Below are positions 34,242 to 43,749 of a stretch of DNA of 64,000 nucleotides, in pieces. This DNA comes from an uncultured Clostridia bacterium. Lineage in GTDB: Bacteria; Bacillota; Clostridia; Oscillospirales; Ruminococcaceae. Position 1 is the stretch's first letter, and each line of letters opens with the position of its first letter. The stretch covers positions 18,680 to 82,679 of the forward strand of contig CANQXS010000008.1 of NCBI GenBank assembly GCA_947627875.1. Direction: 5' to 3'. The translations under genes and the position numbers were made by a program. The notes beneath the pieces were generated by a model. The model did not search any database and was not told where the DNA came from. It saw only the letters and a list, made by a program, of their open reading frames with translations.

Positions 34242-35732
34242 TTGAAAAAGGTATTTACCTTAAGGCGGGTCATACTGCTTATGGGTCTGCTGTTTGTGTA
34301 TTCCTGCGCGTTTTTGTTCGTCAAGATTTATGCCGAAAAATCGATACTCGACGCCTCTGCGCCGGTGAGCGGCAGCGAATACCAGGAGACCGAGGACATA
34401 ATGCAGCCCGCCGACAAAACCGAGGAAAGCAACGACGCCGAAGAGCCTGCGGCTTTCTCGGAACCCGTTGAGCGCATCGTCGAGAAGATGAGCGCCGAAA
34501 ATTACCCGATGTTTATGGCTGCCGCAACGAGCGTTCCCGACGTTATCGAGGCGGTGACCACCACAGAGGAGACCGAGGCGACCTCGGCTCCGACCACCGT
34601 GACCGAAGCCCCCGCGACAACGACCAAAAAGACCGAGGCTACAACCTCGGCGACTACGGTCCCGCCGGAAACGAAGGCTCCGGAGCCCACCTTTGAGGAG
34701 AGCGAGGAGGCATTCGACGACGAGACGGTTGATGACAGCGAGACCGCGGACGACGCGGAATCCGTCGACGACGAGCCGAACGACGAGGATCCTCAGCTTG
34801 ACGACACCGAAGGCGGAATGACCGAAGAGGAATTCGAGGAATATCTGAAATCGCTCGGAATAATCGGCGGAAGCCAGCCGGCTCAGCCCGCGCCCTATTA
34901 TCCCGGAGATTCGCTCGTTGCCTCTAAGAGCTATAAGGACGAGATGATAACGATATACGACACGGCTCAGAAGCGCTACCGCACCGAAAACGCCTTCGAC
35001 CTTGTTTGCGAGATAACGAGCTCTGAGGTAGGCACCTCGATGGACCCCGAGACCATAAAGGCGCAGGCAGTCGCGGCGTATACTTACATTAAATATTACG
35101 AGCAGAAGGGAACGGCTGCAAGGATCGGAACCAAATCGACTGTCCCCGACGAGATAAGGGAATGCGTTGAAGCAATCGACGGTCTTGCGATGTTCTACGA
35201 CGACAAGTATATTATGGCGTCGTTCTCGGCGTCGACCGGAGGCTACTCAGCCGCGAGCAAAAACGTTTGGGGCGGCGATCTCCCCTATCTGCAATCGGTA
35301 AAGAACGACTACGACCAGTTCGACGAAAAGAATTACGGCAAGGTAACCACCTATACCGTCGACGAGGTTCGCAAAAAGATAGAGTCGAACACCGATATAA
35401 AGCTCTCTGACAACTACAGCGAATGGATAAGGATTCTCAGCTGGAACGACAATATCTATGCCGACCAGCTCTCGATTGACGGTCATACTACCGCCTATAT
35501 CAACGGCAAGGAGAGAAAGATAACCGGCTATCAGTTCAGGACGTATATACTCAATATCCGCTCTACGGCGTTCACGGTAAGCTATAATAACGGCGTTTTC
35601 ACCTTTACCACCTACGGCTACGGTCATGGCGTGGGAATGGCGCAGGTGGGCGCAAACCTCTACGCGACCCTCGGCGGATATACCTTCGACCAGATACTCC
35701 ACCACTACTACACCGGAATCACCATTAAATAA
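34242..35732 (+). CDS. SpoIID/LytB-domain protein with a long acidic low-complexity N-terminal region
   Basis: 496-aa ORF. The C-terminal 260 aa carry AQAVAAYTY, FSASTGGY and GHGVGMAQVGA, typical of SpoIID. Confidence 0.8.
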   Translation: MKKVFTLRRVILLMGLLFVYSCAFLFVKIYAEKSILDASAPVSGSEYQETEDIMQPADKTEESNDAEEPAAFSEPVERIVEKMSAENYPMFMAAATSVPDVIEAVTTTEETEATSAPTTVTEAPATTTKKTEATTSATTVPPETKAPEPTFEESEEAFDDETVDDSETADDAESVDDEPNDEDPQLDDTEGGMTEEEFEEYLKSLGIIGGSQPAQPAPYYPGDSLVASKSYKDEMITIYDTAQKRYRTENAFDLVCEITSSEVGTSMDPETIKAQAVAAYTYIKYYEQKGTAARIGTKSTVPDEIRECVEAIDGLAMFYDDKYIMASFSASTGGYSAASKNVWGGDLPYLQSVKNDYDQFDEKNYGKVTTYTVDEVRKKIESNTDIKLSDNYSEWIRILSWNDNIYADQLSIDGHTTAYINGKERKITGYQFRTYILNIRSTAFTVSYNNGVFTFTTYGYGHGVGMAQVGANLYATLGGYTFDQILHHYYTGITIK

Positions 35733-35734
35733 CA

Positions 35735-36703
35735 ATGAAGTTTATAGCTGTGATAACCGCGGCGGCAATGCTTATATGCCTTGCCGCCTGCGCAAAAAAT
35801 GAGCCCGAAACGAATATTACTGCTCCAAAAACCGAAGCCTCAACGACCGTTTCGACCGTCGCAGAATCCGAAGGCTCCTCCCCTGCTCCCGAGACTTCTG
35901 CTCCAGAAACTGCCGCGATAGAAGGGCTTACGCCGGTTTATGACGGCACCGCCATAGCTGAGGCATATCTCAGCGGCGACGCCTCGGGGCTCGACGAAAA
36001 GCAGTCGGCGATATATGAGGCTGCAATCGAAGCGATAAACAGGTTTTACTCCGACTCGATGACCGACGAGGAAGCCGTCATCGCCGCTCACGACTGGATA
36101 GTCGAGAACATCTCTTACGACGAGAATATGCTGCTCGCGATCCCGAAGCAGAGCGAAGACACCGAAAACCCCTACGGCGCTCTGATAAAGCGCCAGGCGA
36201 TCTGTATGGGCTACACGACTACTTTTCAGCTGTTTATGGACATGCTCGGGATAGAATCGAAGGTAGTTCACGGCTCGGCAGAGGACGAGGAACACGCCTG
36301 GAACCTTGTGAACATCGGCGGGAATTGGTATCATGTAGACACGACCTGGGACGACTTCGTCCCCGAGGAAAAGGACCGTCCGGCGTTTCACCTCTACTGC
36401 CTTGTGCCGGACAGCGTTATGGAGATAAACCACGTCTGGGAGAAGGAAAGCTTCCCGAGCGCGGATTCCTCCGACCTCATTTACTACCCCTCTCACGGAA
36501 AATACGCCGAAAACAAAGCCGCAGCCTCGGAAATCCTCAACGAAGCATACCGAAGCGGTATGAAATTCGAGGAAATTATGTATGACAGGGTCCCCGACGG
36601 CTTCGGGGGCGTATCGCTCGACGGCGTAAGCTTCAATAAAACTGCGCAGTATTGGCTCAACGACTTCGGCGACTATATCGTCGTCGTATATTGGCTGCTT
36701 TAA
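35735..36703 (+). CDS. Transglutaminase-like (Cys-His-Asp) lipoprotein
   Basis: 322-aa ORF with lipobox LAAC. QAICMGYTTTFQLFMDMLGIE...HAWNLVNIGGNWYHVDTTWDD is the transglutaminase core. Confidence 0.8.
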   Translation: MKFIAVITAAAMLICLAACAKNEPETNITAPKTEASTTVSTVAESEGSSPAPETSAPETAAIEGLTPVYDGTAIAEAYLSGDASGLDEKQSAIYEAAIEAINRFYSDSMTDEEAVIAAHDWIVENISYDENMLLAIPKQSEDTENPYGALIKRQAICMGYTTTFQLFMDMLGIESKVVHGSAEDEEHAWNLVNIGGNWYHVDTTWDDFVPEEKDRPAFHLYCLVPDSVMEINHVWEKESFPSADSSDLIYYPSHGKYAENKAAASEILNEAYRSGMKFEEIMYDRVPDGFGGVSLDGVSFNKTAQYWLNDFGDYIVVVYWLL

Positions 36704-36717
36704 AGGCGGGTGATGGC

Positions 36718-37449
36718 TTGAAAACCGCAATAGTGACAGGCGCCTCGCGCGGGATAGGCGCAGCCTGCGCCGCAGAGCTCGCGCGGAACGGCTTTGCGGT
36801 GGCGGTGAACTACCGAGTGAATAAGAGCGCTGCCGAAAGCGTTGTAAACGCCGTTTCCGCCGCGGGAGGACAGGCTTTTGCCGTAAAAGCCGACGTTTCG
36901 GCTCCGGAAGAGGTCGCTGCGATGTTTGAAGCCGTTAAAGAGCGCTTCGGGAGCGTTTCGCTCCTTGTGAACAACGCCGGAATAAGCCATATCGGGCTTT
37001 TGCAGGATATGACCGACGACGAGATAAGGCGGCAGTTAGAGGTAAACCTTATGGGCGCGATAGTCTGCTCGCGGGAAGCCGCAAGGCAGATGATACCGCG
37101 AAAGAGCGGCTCGATAATAAATATCGCCTCGATGTGGGGCGAGGTAGGAGCCTCCTGCGAGGCGGTATATTCCGCCTGCAAAGCGGGAATCATCGGCTTC
37201 ACAAAGGCTTTGGCAAAGGAGCTCGGTCCGAGCGGGATAAGGGTAAACTGCGTTTCTCCCGGCGTAATAAGAACCGATATGAACTCGGAGCTCACCGCCG
37301 ATACCCTGCGCGAGCTCGAGGAGGAAACTCCCCTTTTGAGGATAGGCTCGCCCGAAGACGTTGCAAAGGCGGTCGCGTTTTTGGCAAAAGAGGAATCATC
37401 GTTTATAACCGGTCAGGTTTTGCCGGTAAACGGCGGGATCACCGTTTAG
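36718..37449 (+). CDS. Short-chain dehydrogenase/reductase (FabG-like 3-oxoacyl-ACP reductase)
   Basis: KTAIVTGASRGIGAA, NNAG and YSACKAG are present. TTG at 36718 was chosen as the start because the previous gene ends at 36703, so the start is tentative. Confidence 0.8.
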   Translation: MKTAIVTGASRGIGAACAAELARNGFAVAVNYRVNKSAAESVVNAVSAAGGQAFAVKADVSAPEEVAAMFEAVKERFGSVSLLVNNAGISHIGLLQDMTDDEIRRQLEVNLMGAIVCSREAARQMIPRKSGSIINIASMWGEVGASCEAVYSACKAGIIGFTKALAKELGPSGIRVNCVSPGVIRTDMNSELTADTLRELEEETPLLRIGSPEDVAKAVAFLAKEESSFITGQVLPVNGGITV

Positions 37450-37463
37450 AAAGGAGCCCACTT

Positions 37464-37955
37464 ATGGAAGGAATAAGGGAACAGCTCGTTAAACGTCCGA
37501 GAGGCAGGCGGGAATCCGTCGGCACCGCGGCGGTGCTTTTCGGCGCGCTTGTTTTAGCGTCGCTGATATTCGGCGCGATATACGTTTTCAGCGGAGGAAT
37601 GCTCGCGGCTATAGCAGTCTTGCTGGCGGGGCTCATTCTCTGGGGCGGCTGGTGGCTCACCGGAATGTTCAACGTTGAATACGAATACGCGGTCGTAGGG
37701 AACGAGCTTTCAGTCGACAAGATAACGAACAAGCGCTCAAGAAAGACCCTCTGCACCGTGAATCTGAGAGCGGCAGAAGCGTTCTACGGCTCGGAAAAGC
37801 ACCTTCGCGACGCCACCGAGATAGAAGCCTGCGGCGAGGGCGACAGGTATACCGTTGAATACAGCGACCCCGCGCGCGGCAAGACCCTTCTTATCTTCAC
37901 TCCGGACGAGCGCACGCTCGAAATGATAAAGCCCTACCTTCCGAGGCAGCTATGA
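37464..37955 (+). CDS. Hypothetical membrane protein (two transmembrane segments)
   Basis: AAGGAG RBS then ATG at 37464. MEGIREQLVKRP... has two hydrophobic helices and overlaps the acpS start by 4 nt. Confidence 0.6.
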   Translation: MEGIREQLVKRPRGRRESVGTAAVLFGALVLASLIFGAIYVFSGGMLAAIAVLLAGLILWGGWWLTGMFNVEYEYAVVGNELSVDKITNKRSRKTLCTVNLRAAEAFYGSEKHLRDATEIEACGEGDRYTVEYSDPARGKTLLIFTPDERTLEMIKPYLPRQL

Positions 37956-38302
37956 CGGTCGGGATAGACACCGTGGAGATAACGCGGATACAGAAGGCGC
38001 TCGAGATCCGCGGCTTCAAGGAGAGGGTGTATTCGCCCGCAGAGCTCGAGATGCTCGAAAAAAAGGGCAGACCCGCGCAGTCGTTCGCAGCGAATTTCGC
38101 CGCCAAAGAGGCGTTTTCTAAGGCTCTCGGGACGGGAGTAGTGGGATTTTCGCTCAACGAGGTCTCAATTCTTAGAGACAAAAGGGGCGCGCCTTACATA
38201 GAGCTCAGCGGACGCGCCGAAGAGCTTGCAAAGGAAAAAAGCTTTACAGTCAGCCTCACTCACACGCGGCTCGACGCCACCGCGATAGTCATCGCATACT
38301 GA
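37952..38302 (+). CDS. acpS: Holo-[acyl-carrier-protein] synthase
   Basis: 116-aa ORF with MTVGIDTVEITRI and FAAKEAFSKALGTG. Confidence 0.9.
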   Translation: MTVGIDTVEITRIQKALEIRGFKERVYSPAELEMLEKKGRPAQSFAANFAAKEAFSKALGTGVVGFSLNEVSILRDKRGAPYIELSGRAEELAKEKSFTVSLTHTRLDATAIVIAY

Positions 38303-38306
38303 AATT

Positions 38307-39296
38307 ATGAAAGACAGAATTACGAACACCGATTTTATAAAAGCCGAGAAAACCGCATCGGAGCGCGATCTGCACATAAGAAGGGCAATCGCTCCTTACC
38401 GAAGCGGTTCGGGAGAAATCGAGATTTTAAATCCCCGTAAAGTAATAAAGCTTGTCAAACCTCGCCCCGAGAATTCTCACAAGGGCAGCTTCGGCAGGCT
38501 TGTTTTGATTGCCGGCTCCGACCGTTTTCCGGGCGCTGCTCAGCTTTCGGCGCTTGCGGCTCTTCGCTCGGGCGCGGGGCTTGTTACAGTCATAACCACC
38601 CGCCTTGCGGCTGAGGCGCTCGCCTCATCGATAAGGGAAGCTACTCTTTTGCCTCTCGATTCCGACGGCGCGGGATTTATGCTCCCGAACGGAAAAGAGG
38701 AAACCGCCGCGGGGCTTATCTCTTCGGCTGACGCGCTGCTCATAGGTCCCGGGCTCGGAACGGCGGACAGCTCGCTGAAAATGCTCGAAATCGCGCTCGA
38801 AAACGCGGCTTGCCCGATAATACTTGACGCGGACGGCATAAACCTTGTCAGCACCCGCATAGAATTTCTCAGGAAAGCAAAGACGGGTCTGATACTCACT
38901 CCCCACCCCGCCGAGCTCGCAAGGCTTTCGGGAGCGCCGCTCGCTGAGGTTCTGGGCGACAGGCTGAAATATGCGCGCAAGATCGCCGAGGAATACGGCT
39001 GCACCGTTGTTTCAAAGTCGTCGGGAACGCTGATAACCGGCGGCGGAAAGGCTATGCTGTCGGTCAGAGGGAACAACGGTCTTGCCCGAGGCGGGAGCGG
39101 AGACCTCTTGGCAGGGCTCATCGCTTCGTTCGCGGCGCAGGGATATTCCCCTGCCGAAGCCGCGGAAATAGGCGTTACGCTTCAGGGTCTTGCCTGCGAG
39201 TTCGCTGCGAAAAGGCTGTCGCGGCGCGGGGTTTTGCCGAGCGACATCATCGGCTGTCTGCCTCTGCTTTTCAAGAAAATTGAAAGGCTGATTTGA
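38307..39296 (+). CDS. nnrD: ADP-dependent NAD(P)H-hydrate dehydratase (YjeF C-terminal/carbohydrate-kinase domain)
   Basis: 329-aa ORF with HKGSFGRLVLIAGS...GAAQLSALAALRSGAGLV and GGSGDLLAG. Confidence 0.82.
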   Translation: MKDRITNTDFIKAEKTASERDLHIRRAIAPYRSGSGEIEILNPRKVIKLVKPRPENSHKGSFGRLVLIAGSDRFPGAAQLSALAALRSGAGLVTVITTRLAAEALASSIREATLLPLDSDGAGFMLPNGKEETAAGLISSADALLIGPGLGTADSSLKMLEIALENAACPIILDADGINLVSTRIEFLRKAKTGLILTPHPAELARLSGAPLAEVLGDRLKYARKIAEEYGCTVVSKSSGTLITGGGKAMLSVRGNNGLARGGSGDLLAGLIASFAAQGYSPAEAAEIGVTLQGLACEFAAKRLSRRGVLPSDIIGCLPLLFKKIERLI

Positions 39297-39297
39297 T

Positions 39298-39807
39298 TTG
39301 AAAAGATTTTTTGCAATTTTTGCCGTGCTCGCGCTCCTGCTCACAGGCTGCGCGGGCAGTCCTTCGTCGAGCGTCGCGTTGCCGCCCTGCTTTAACTCCG
39401 AAGCCGAGATAACCGTCGGCGATACCGCCTACGGCGTATATCTTACGCGCTACGCCCCGGGCTGCTGGCAGGTCGAGCTGAACCAGCCCGCTGCTGTAAA
39501 GGGGCTGCTCTTTACAGTCAAAGACGGCGGAACTGAGGTCTCTTACGACGGTCTGAGGTTCACTTTTGACACGTCGCGGTTCCCCGTCGGGTCGGTAGTG
39601 GCGGCTTCGATCGACAGCTTAGACAGGCTTTTCGCCTCGCCGATAGAGGTTATCGAGGGCGAAGAGCAATGCCTCGCGGCGGGAAAGATAGGCGAAGAGA
39701 GCTTCACGCTCTCGCTCTCGAAAACGATGATACCGCAGAAGCTCGAGCTTGCAGACAAGATGACGATAGAGTTTCTGAGCTTCGACGTTATTCAGACGGA
39801 GAGCTGA
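39298..39807 (+). CDS. Hypothetical lipoprotein
   Basis: 169-aa ORF with a signal peptide and lipobox LLTGC. Confidence 0.55.
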   Translation: MKRFFAIFAVLALLLTGCAGSPSSSVALPPCFNSEAEITVGDTAYGVYLTRYAPGCWQVELNQPAAVKGLLFTVKDGGTEVSYDGLRFTFDTSRFPVGSVVAASIDSLDRLFASPIEVIEGEEQCLAAGKIGEESFTLSLSKTMIPQKLELADKMTIEFLSFDVIQTES

Positions 39808-39843
39808 AAAGAAGGTTTGCGGCAAAACTCAAAAGTTTTCGGT

Positions 39844-40030
39844 CCACCCTTTTTCAAAAGGGTGGCGAGAGTCCAGAGGCGAGAAGCCTCTGGTCGCAGC
39901 CCTCAGGCTGCGAAATCCTTATATAAACAAAAATCAGGAGGGTAGCCCGAATCCGTCCTGTGGACGGTTCGGGCGCAGGGGACCCTATTAAGGGGTCCCC
40001 TGATTTGCCGAACGGCGAGTGAGGCAAATA
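39844..40030. repeat. Cluster of five perfect or near-perfect GC-rich hairpins, followed by a 29-nt motif shared with 55525-55553
   Basis: Hairpins lie at 39844-65, 39873-93, 39896-911, 39946-73 and 39976-40002. The motif GATTTGCCGAACGGCGAGTGAGGCAAATA lies at 40002-40030. Confidence 0.6.
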
Positions 40031-40043
40031 CAGATACTGCAAT

Positions 40044-40077
40044 ACAAAAACCCGCTCCCCTATTCAGAGGAGCGGGC
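40044..40077 (-). terminator. Intrinsic terminator of pnp
   Basis: On the minus strand CCCGCTCC tctgaatag GGAGCGGG is followed by TTTTTGTATT. Confidence 0.7.
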
Positions 40078-40089
40078 GATTTTATTCAG

Positions 40090-42234
40090 TTATTCCTCGG
40101 CTTTGGCTGCCTTTTTCGCGGCGATATCGAGGAGCGCGTCTCTGCGGGAGAGGTTTATTCTGCCCTGATCGTCGATCTCTACGACCTTGACGACTATCTC
40201 GTCGCCTATTGAGACAACGTCTTCGACCTTGTCTACGCGGTGAAGGTCGAGCTTAGAGATGTGGACCAAGCCGTCCTTGCCGGGGGCGATCTCAACGAAC
40301 GCGCCGAAGTTCATCAGGCGGACGACCTTGCCCTTGTAGATCGAGCCGATCTCGGGATCGAAGGCGATGGTCCTGATGATGTCGATGGCTGCCTGAGCCT
40401 TTTCGCGGTCGAGACCGCTGACAAATACGGAGCCGTCGTCCTCAACGTCGATCTGAACATCGCAGTCTGCGGCGATCTTCTGAATGACCTTGCCGCTCTT
40501 GCCGATAACGTCGCCGATCTTCTCGGGCGGAATCTTGGTCGAGAGCATCTTGGGAGCCCACTTTGAAACGTCGGGGCGGGGCTCGGCGATAGCCTTTGCC
40601 ATTATCTCGTCGAGAATGTAGTCGCGAGCCTTGTGGGTCTTCGCGAAAGCCTCCTCGATTATCTCGTAGGTCAGACCGTCGACCTTGATATCGACCTGAA
40701 TGGCAGTGATTCCCTTGTGGGTGCCGCCGACCTTGAAGTCCATATCGCCGAAGAAGTCTTCAAGACCCTGAATGTCGACCATAGTCTGGAAGGAGCCGTC
40801 GTCGCGGGTAATAAGTCCGCAGGAAATGCCGGCTACGGGAGCCTTTATCGGAACGCCGGCGTCCATAAGGGCGAGGGTGGAGCCGCAGATAGAGCCCTGA
40901 GAAGTGGAGCCGTTGGAGGAAAGGACCTCGGACACCACGCGAATGGCGTAGGGGAACTCGTCGACGGAGGGAAGAACGGGAACGAGCGCCTTTTCGGCGA
41001 GCGCGCCGTGACCTATTTCACGTCTGCCGGGACCGCGGGAGGGCTTTGTTTCGCCGACGGAGTAGGACGGGAAGTTGTAGTGATGCATATATCTCTTCTC
41101 TTCCTCGTCGTCGATGCCGTCGAGCTTCTGAGAGTCGCTGACAGGACCGAGAGTGACTATAGAGAGCACCTGAGTCTGACCTCTTGTGAAGAGACCCGAG
41201 CCGTGTACTCTCGGAACGAGACCTACCTCGGCGCTGAGAGGACGGATTTGGTCGATAGCTCTGCCGTCGACGCGCTTGCCCTCATAGAGCCAGTTGCGGA
41301 CTATCTTCTTCTGGAGCTTATAGATGCACTCGTCTATCATCGCGATCTTTTCGGGATACTGCTCGTCGAACTTCTCGTGAACGGCGTTCACGATGGGGGC
41401 GAGGCGCGCCTCGCGGACGTTCTTGTCGTCGGTGTCGAGGGCTTCCTTTACGGAATCAGAAGCCATTTCCTCGATGGCGTCGAAGAGGTCGTGATCGACT
41501 TCCATCGACTCGAATTCAAACTTCGGCTTGCCTATTTCGGCTTTGATGCCGTTGATGAACTCGACCATCTTCTTTATCTCGGCGTGACCGGTCTTGATGG
41601 CTTCGAGCATAACGTCGTCGGGGACCTCGTCGGCTCCGGCTTCGATCATAACTATTTTTTCAAGGGTACCCGCAACGGTGAGGTTGAGGTGGTTGTTAGC
41701 CTTCTGGGCGCGGGTGGGGTTGAGGACGATCTCGCCGTCGACCAAACCTACGTTTACTCCGGCGATAGGACCTGCCCACGGGATATCCGAAATGGATATG
41801 GCGACCGAAGTTCCGAGCATACCCGCTATTTCGGGCGAGCAGTCGGGATCGACCGAGAGAACGGTCATAACAACGCTTACGTCGTTGCGCATATCCTTCG
41901 GGAAGAGCGGGCGGATAGGACGGTCTACCATACGGGAGGTAAGGATAGCCTTGTCCGAAGGCTTGCCCTCGCGCTTGGTGAACGAGCCGGGAATTTTCCC
42001 GACGGAATAGAGCTTTTCTTCAAAGTCGACGGAAAGCGGGAAGAAGTCGACTCCTTCGCGGGGCTTAGCCGAGGCGGTAACGTTTACCATAACGGTGGTC
42101 TCTCCGTAACGGACCCAGCAGGAGCCGTTGGAGAGCTCGCAGGTCTTGCCCGTTTCGATAACGAGCGGACGGCCCGCAAATTCGGTTTCATACTTTCTGT
42201 ACCTGTCAAACTGCTTGATTTCTGACATTGCCAT
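40090..42234 (-). CDS. pnp: Polyribonucleotide nucleotidyltransferase (PNPase)
   Basis: 714-aa ORF with two RNase PH domains, KH and S1 (GKVVRLMNFGAFVEI). Confidence 0.95.
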   Translation of the reverse strand: MAMSEIKQFDRYRKYETEFAGRPLVIETGKTCELSNGSCWVRYGETTVMVNVTASAKPREGVDFFPLSVDFEEKLYSVGKIPGSFTKREGKPSDKAILTSRMVDRPIRPLFPKDMRNDVSVVMTVLSVDPDCSPEIAGMLGTSVAISISDIPWAGPIAGVNVGLVDGEIVLNPTRAQKANNHLNLTVAGTLEKIVMIEAGADEVPDDVMLEAIKTGHAEIKKMVEFINGIKAEIGKPKFEFESMEVDHDLFDAIEEMASDSVKEALDTDDKNVREARLAPIVNAVHEKFDEQYPEKIAMIDECIYKLQKKIVRNWLYEGKRVDGRAIDQIRPLSAEVGLVPRVHGSGLFTRGQTQVLSIVTLGPVSDSQKLDGIDDEEEKRYMHHYNFPSYSVGETKPSRGPGRREIGHGALAEKALVPVLPSVDEFPYAIRVVSEVLSSNGSTSQGSICGSTLALMDAGVPIKAPVAGISCGLITRDDGSFQTMVDIQGLEDFFGDMDFKVGGTHKGITAIQVDIKVDGLTYEIIEEAFAKTHKARDYILDEIMAKAIAEPRPDVSKWAPKMLSTKIPPEKIGDVIGKSGKVIQKIAADCDVQIDVEDDGSVFVSGLDREKAQAAIDIIRTIAFDPEIGSIYKGKVVRLMNFGAFVEIAPGKDGLVHISKLDLHRVDKVEDVVSIGDEIVVKVVEIDDQGRINLSRRDALLDIAAKKAAKAEE

Positions 42235-42462
42235 AGATGTTTTCCTCCTTGATTTTTTGGTTTTGTATTCTCAAGCAGCGTTTTAGCAATAAATTCAGCC
42301 GCCGAATGTCGGCGGTTCAACTTATTACTAAAAAACGCGCTCGAAAATATCTCAAAAGGCAGATAGCCTCAGCCTCTGCCTTTTTGACGCGCGGTTACGC
42401 AAAGCCTGCGCCCCGCCCCGAGGCGGTTTAAGCCGCTCGGGGCAAGACTTTAAAGCTTTGTA

Positions 42463-42729
42463 TTACTTTCTGAGACCGAGCTTTTCGACGATCGCTCTGT
42501 AGCGCTCGATATCGGTGCGCATAAGGTAGTTGAGCAGGTTGCGCCTGCGTCCGACCATCTTCAGAAGTCCTCTTCTGGAATGGTGGTCGTTCTTATGGAC
42601 CTTGAGGTGCTCGGTGAGGTCGTTGATCCTCTTGGAGAGGATAGCTATCTGGACCTCGGGCGAACCGGTATCGTTCTCGGAGAGCCTGTTGGCTTCGATG
42701 ATAGCGGTTTTTTCTTCCTTCAAAAGCAT
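42463..42729 (-). CDS. rpsO: 30S ribosomal protein S15
   Basis: 88-aa ORF with [40 protein letters not shown]. Confidence 0.95.
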   Translation of the reverse strand: MLLKEEKTAIIEANRLSENDTGSPEVQIAILSKRINDLTEHLKVHKNDHHSRRGLLKMVGRRRNLLNYLMRTDIERYRAIVEKLGLRK

Positions 42730-42894
42730 TCTTTTATACCCCTTTCGTAAAATTTCCCGTCAAACATAGGCTGCGGCAGGTACTGTCCGCTTTGCGGCTC
42801 GTCCCGCAGTCTGCGTATTGCGGAGCCATAGGCTTTAAGCCTCGAATATTCTATCACAGTTTTTTTGATTTGTAAAGACCTTTTTGCGACTTTT

Positions 42895-43749
42895 TTAAAG
42901 TTTTGCCGCGAGCTTCGCGGCGGTAAGGGTGTTGCACATAAGCATAGCTATCGTCATAGGTCCGACTCCGCCGGGAACGGGGGTTATAAACGATGCCTTG
43001 GGCTCGACGTTTTCAAAGTCGACGTCGCCGCAGAGCTTTCCGTTTGAATCGCGGTTCATTCCGACGTCGATGACCACGGCGCCCTCTTTGACCATATCCG
43101 CGGTTATCAGCTTTGCCTTGCCGACGGCGGCAACGAGTATGTCCGCCCTGCGGCACTCGTCGGCGAGGTCGGCGGTCTTTGAATGGCAGACGGTGACCGT
43201 TCCGTTTTCGTGCAACAAAAGCATCGACATAGGCTTGCCGACGATATTAGAGCGCCCCACTACCACGCATCTCTTTCCGCCGACCGAAACGCCGGTCGAA
43301 TGAATAAGCTCCATAACGCCCGCAGGGGTGCAGGGGAGAAAATCGTAGTCGCCGATCATTATCTTTCCGACGTTTACGGGGTGGAAAGCGTCGACGTCCT
43401 TTTTGGGGGATATCGCCGCTATAACTGCGCGCTCGTCGATATGCTTGGGCAGCGGGAGCTGGCAGAGGATACCGTGGACGGCAGGGTCTTCGTTGAGCCT
43501 TTCTATCAGCTCCAAAAGCTCCTGCTGAGTCGTTTCGGCGGGGAGAATATGCTCGAAGGAGTTGAAGCCGGCTTCGAGGCAGGCTTTCTTTTTGTTGCCG
43601 ACGTAGATTTTAGAGGCCGGGTCGTCGCCTACGAGAATTACGGCAAGCCCGGGGACTACGCCCGTTTTCTCCCTGAGCTCGGCAGCTTCGAACCTTACCC
43701 TTTTGCGGACGGAAGCCGCTATCTCCTTGCCGTTAATCAGCTTCGCCAT
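42895..43749 (-). CDS. folD: Bifunctional methylenetetrahydrofolate dehydrogenase/cyclohydrolase
   Basis: The start is taken at [15 protein letters not shown] (ATG 43749-43747). [20 protein letters not shown] and PGGVGPMT are present. The longer ORF-track N-terminus lies inside lgt. Confidence 0.9.
   Translation of the reverse strand: MAKLINGKEIAASVRKRVRFEAAELREKTGVVPGLAVILVGDDPASKIYVGNKKKACLEAGFNSFEHILPAETTQQELLELIERLNEDPAVHGILCQLPLPKHIDERAVIAAISPKKDVDAFHPVNVGKIMIGDYDFLPCTPAGVMELIHSTGVSVGGKRCVVVGRSNIVGKPMSMLLLHENGTVTVCHSKTADLADECRRADILVAAVGKAKLITADMVKEGAVVIDVGMNRDSNGKLCGDVDFENVEPKASFITPVPGGVGPMTIAMLMCNTLTAAKLAAKL

Noticed and set aside
40633-42225. 530-aa plus-strand ORF, plus 40240-40566 and 41594-42010.
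   Set aside because: It lies entirely antisense to pnp, which is unmistakable. It is a typical shadow ORF of a high-GC gene, with Gly/Val/Asp/Leu-rich nonsense composition and no RBS.
42235-42462. Structured rpsO-pnp intergenic region with three hairpins.
   Set aside because: This is the expected, well-known rpsO terminator and pnp leader arrangement. It is not novel.
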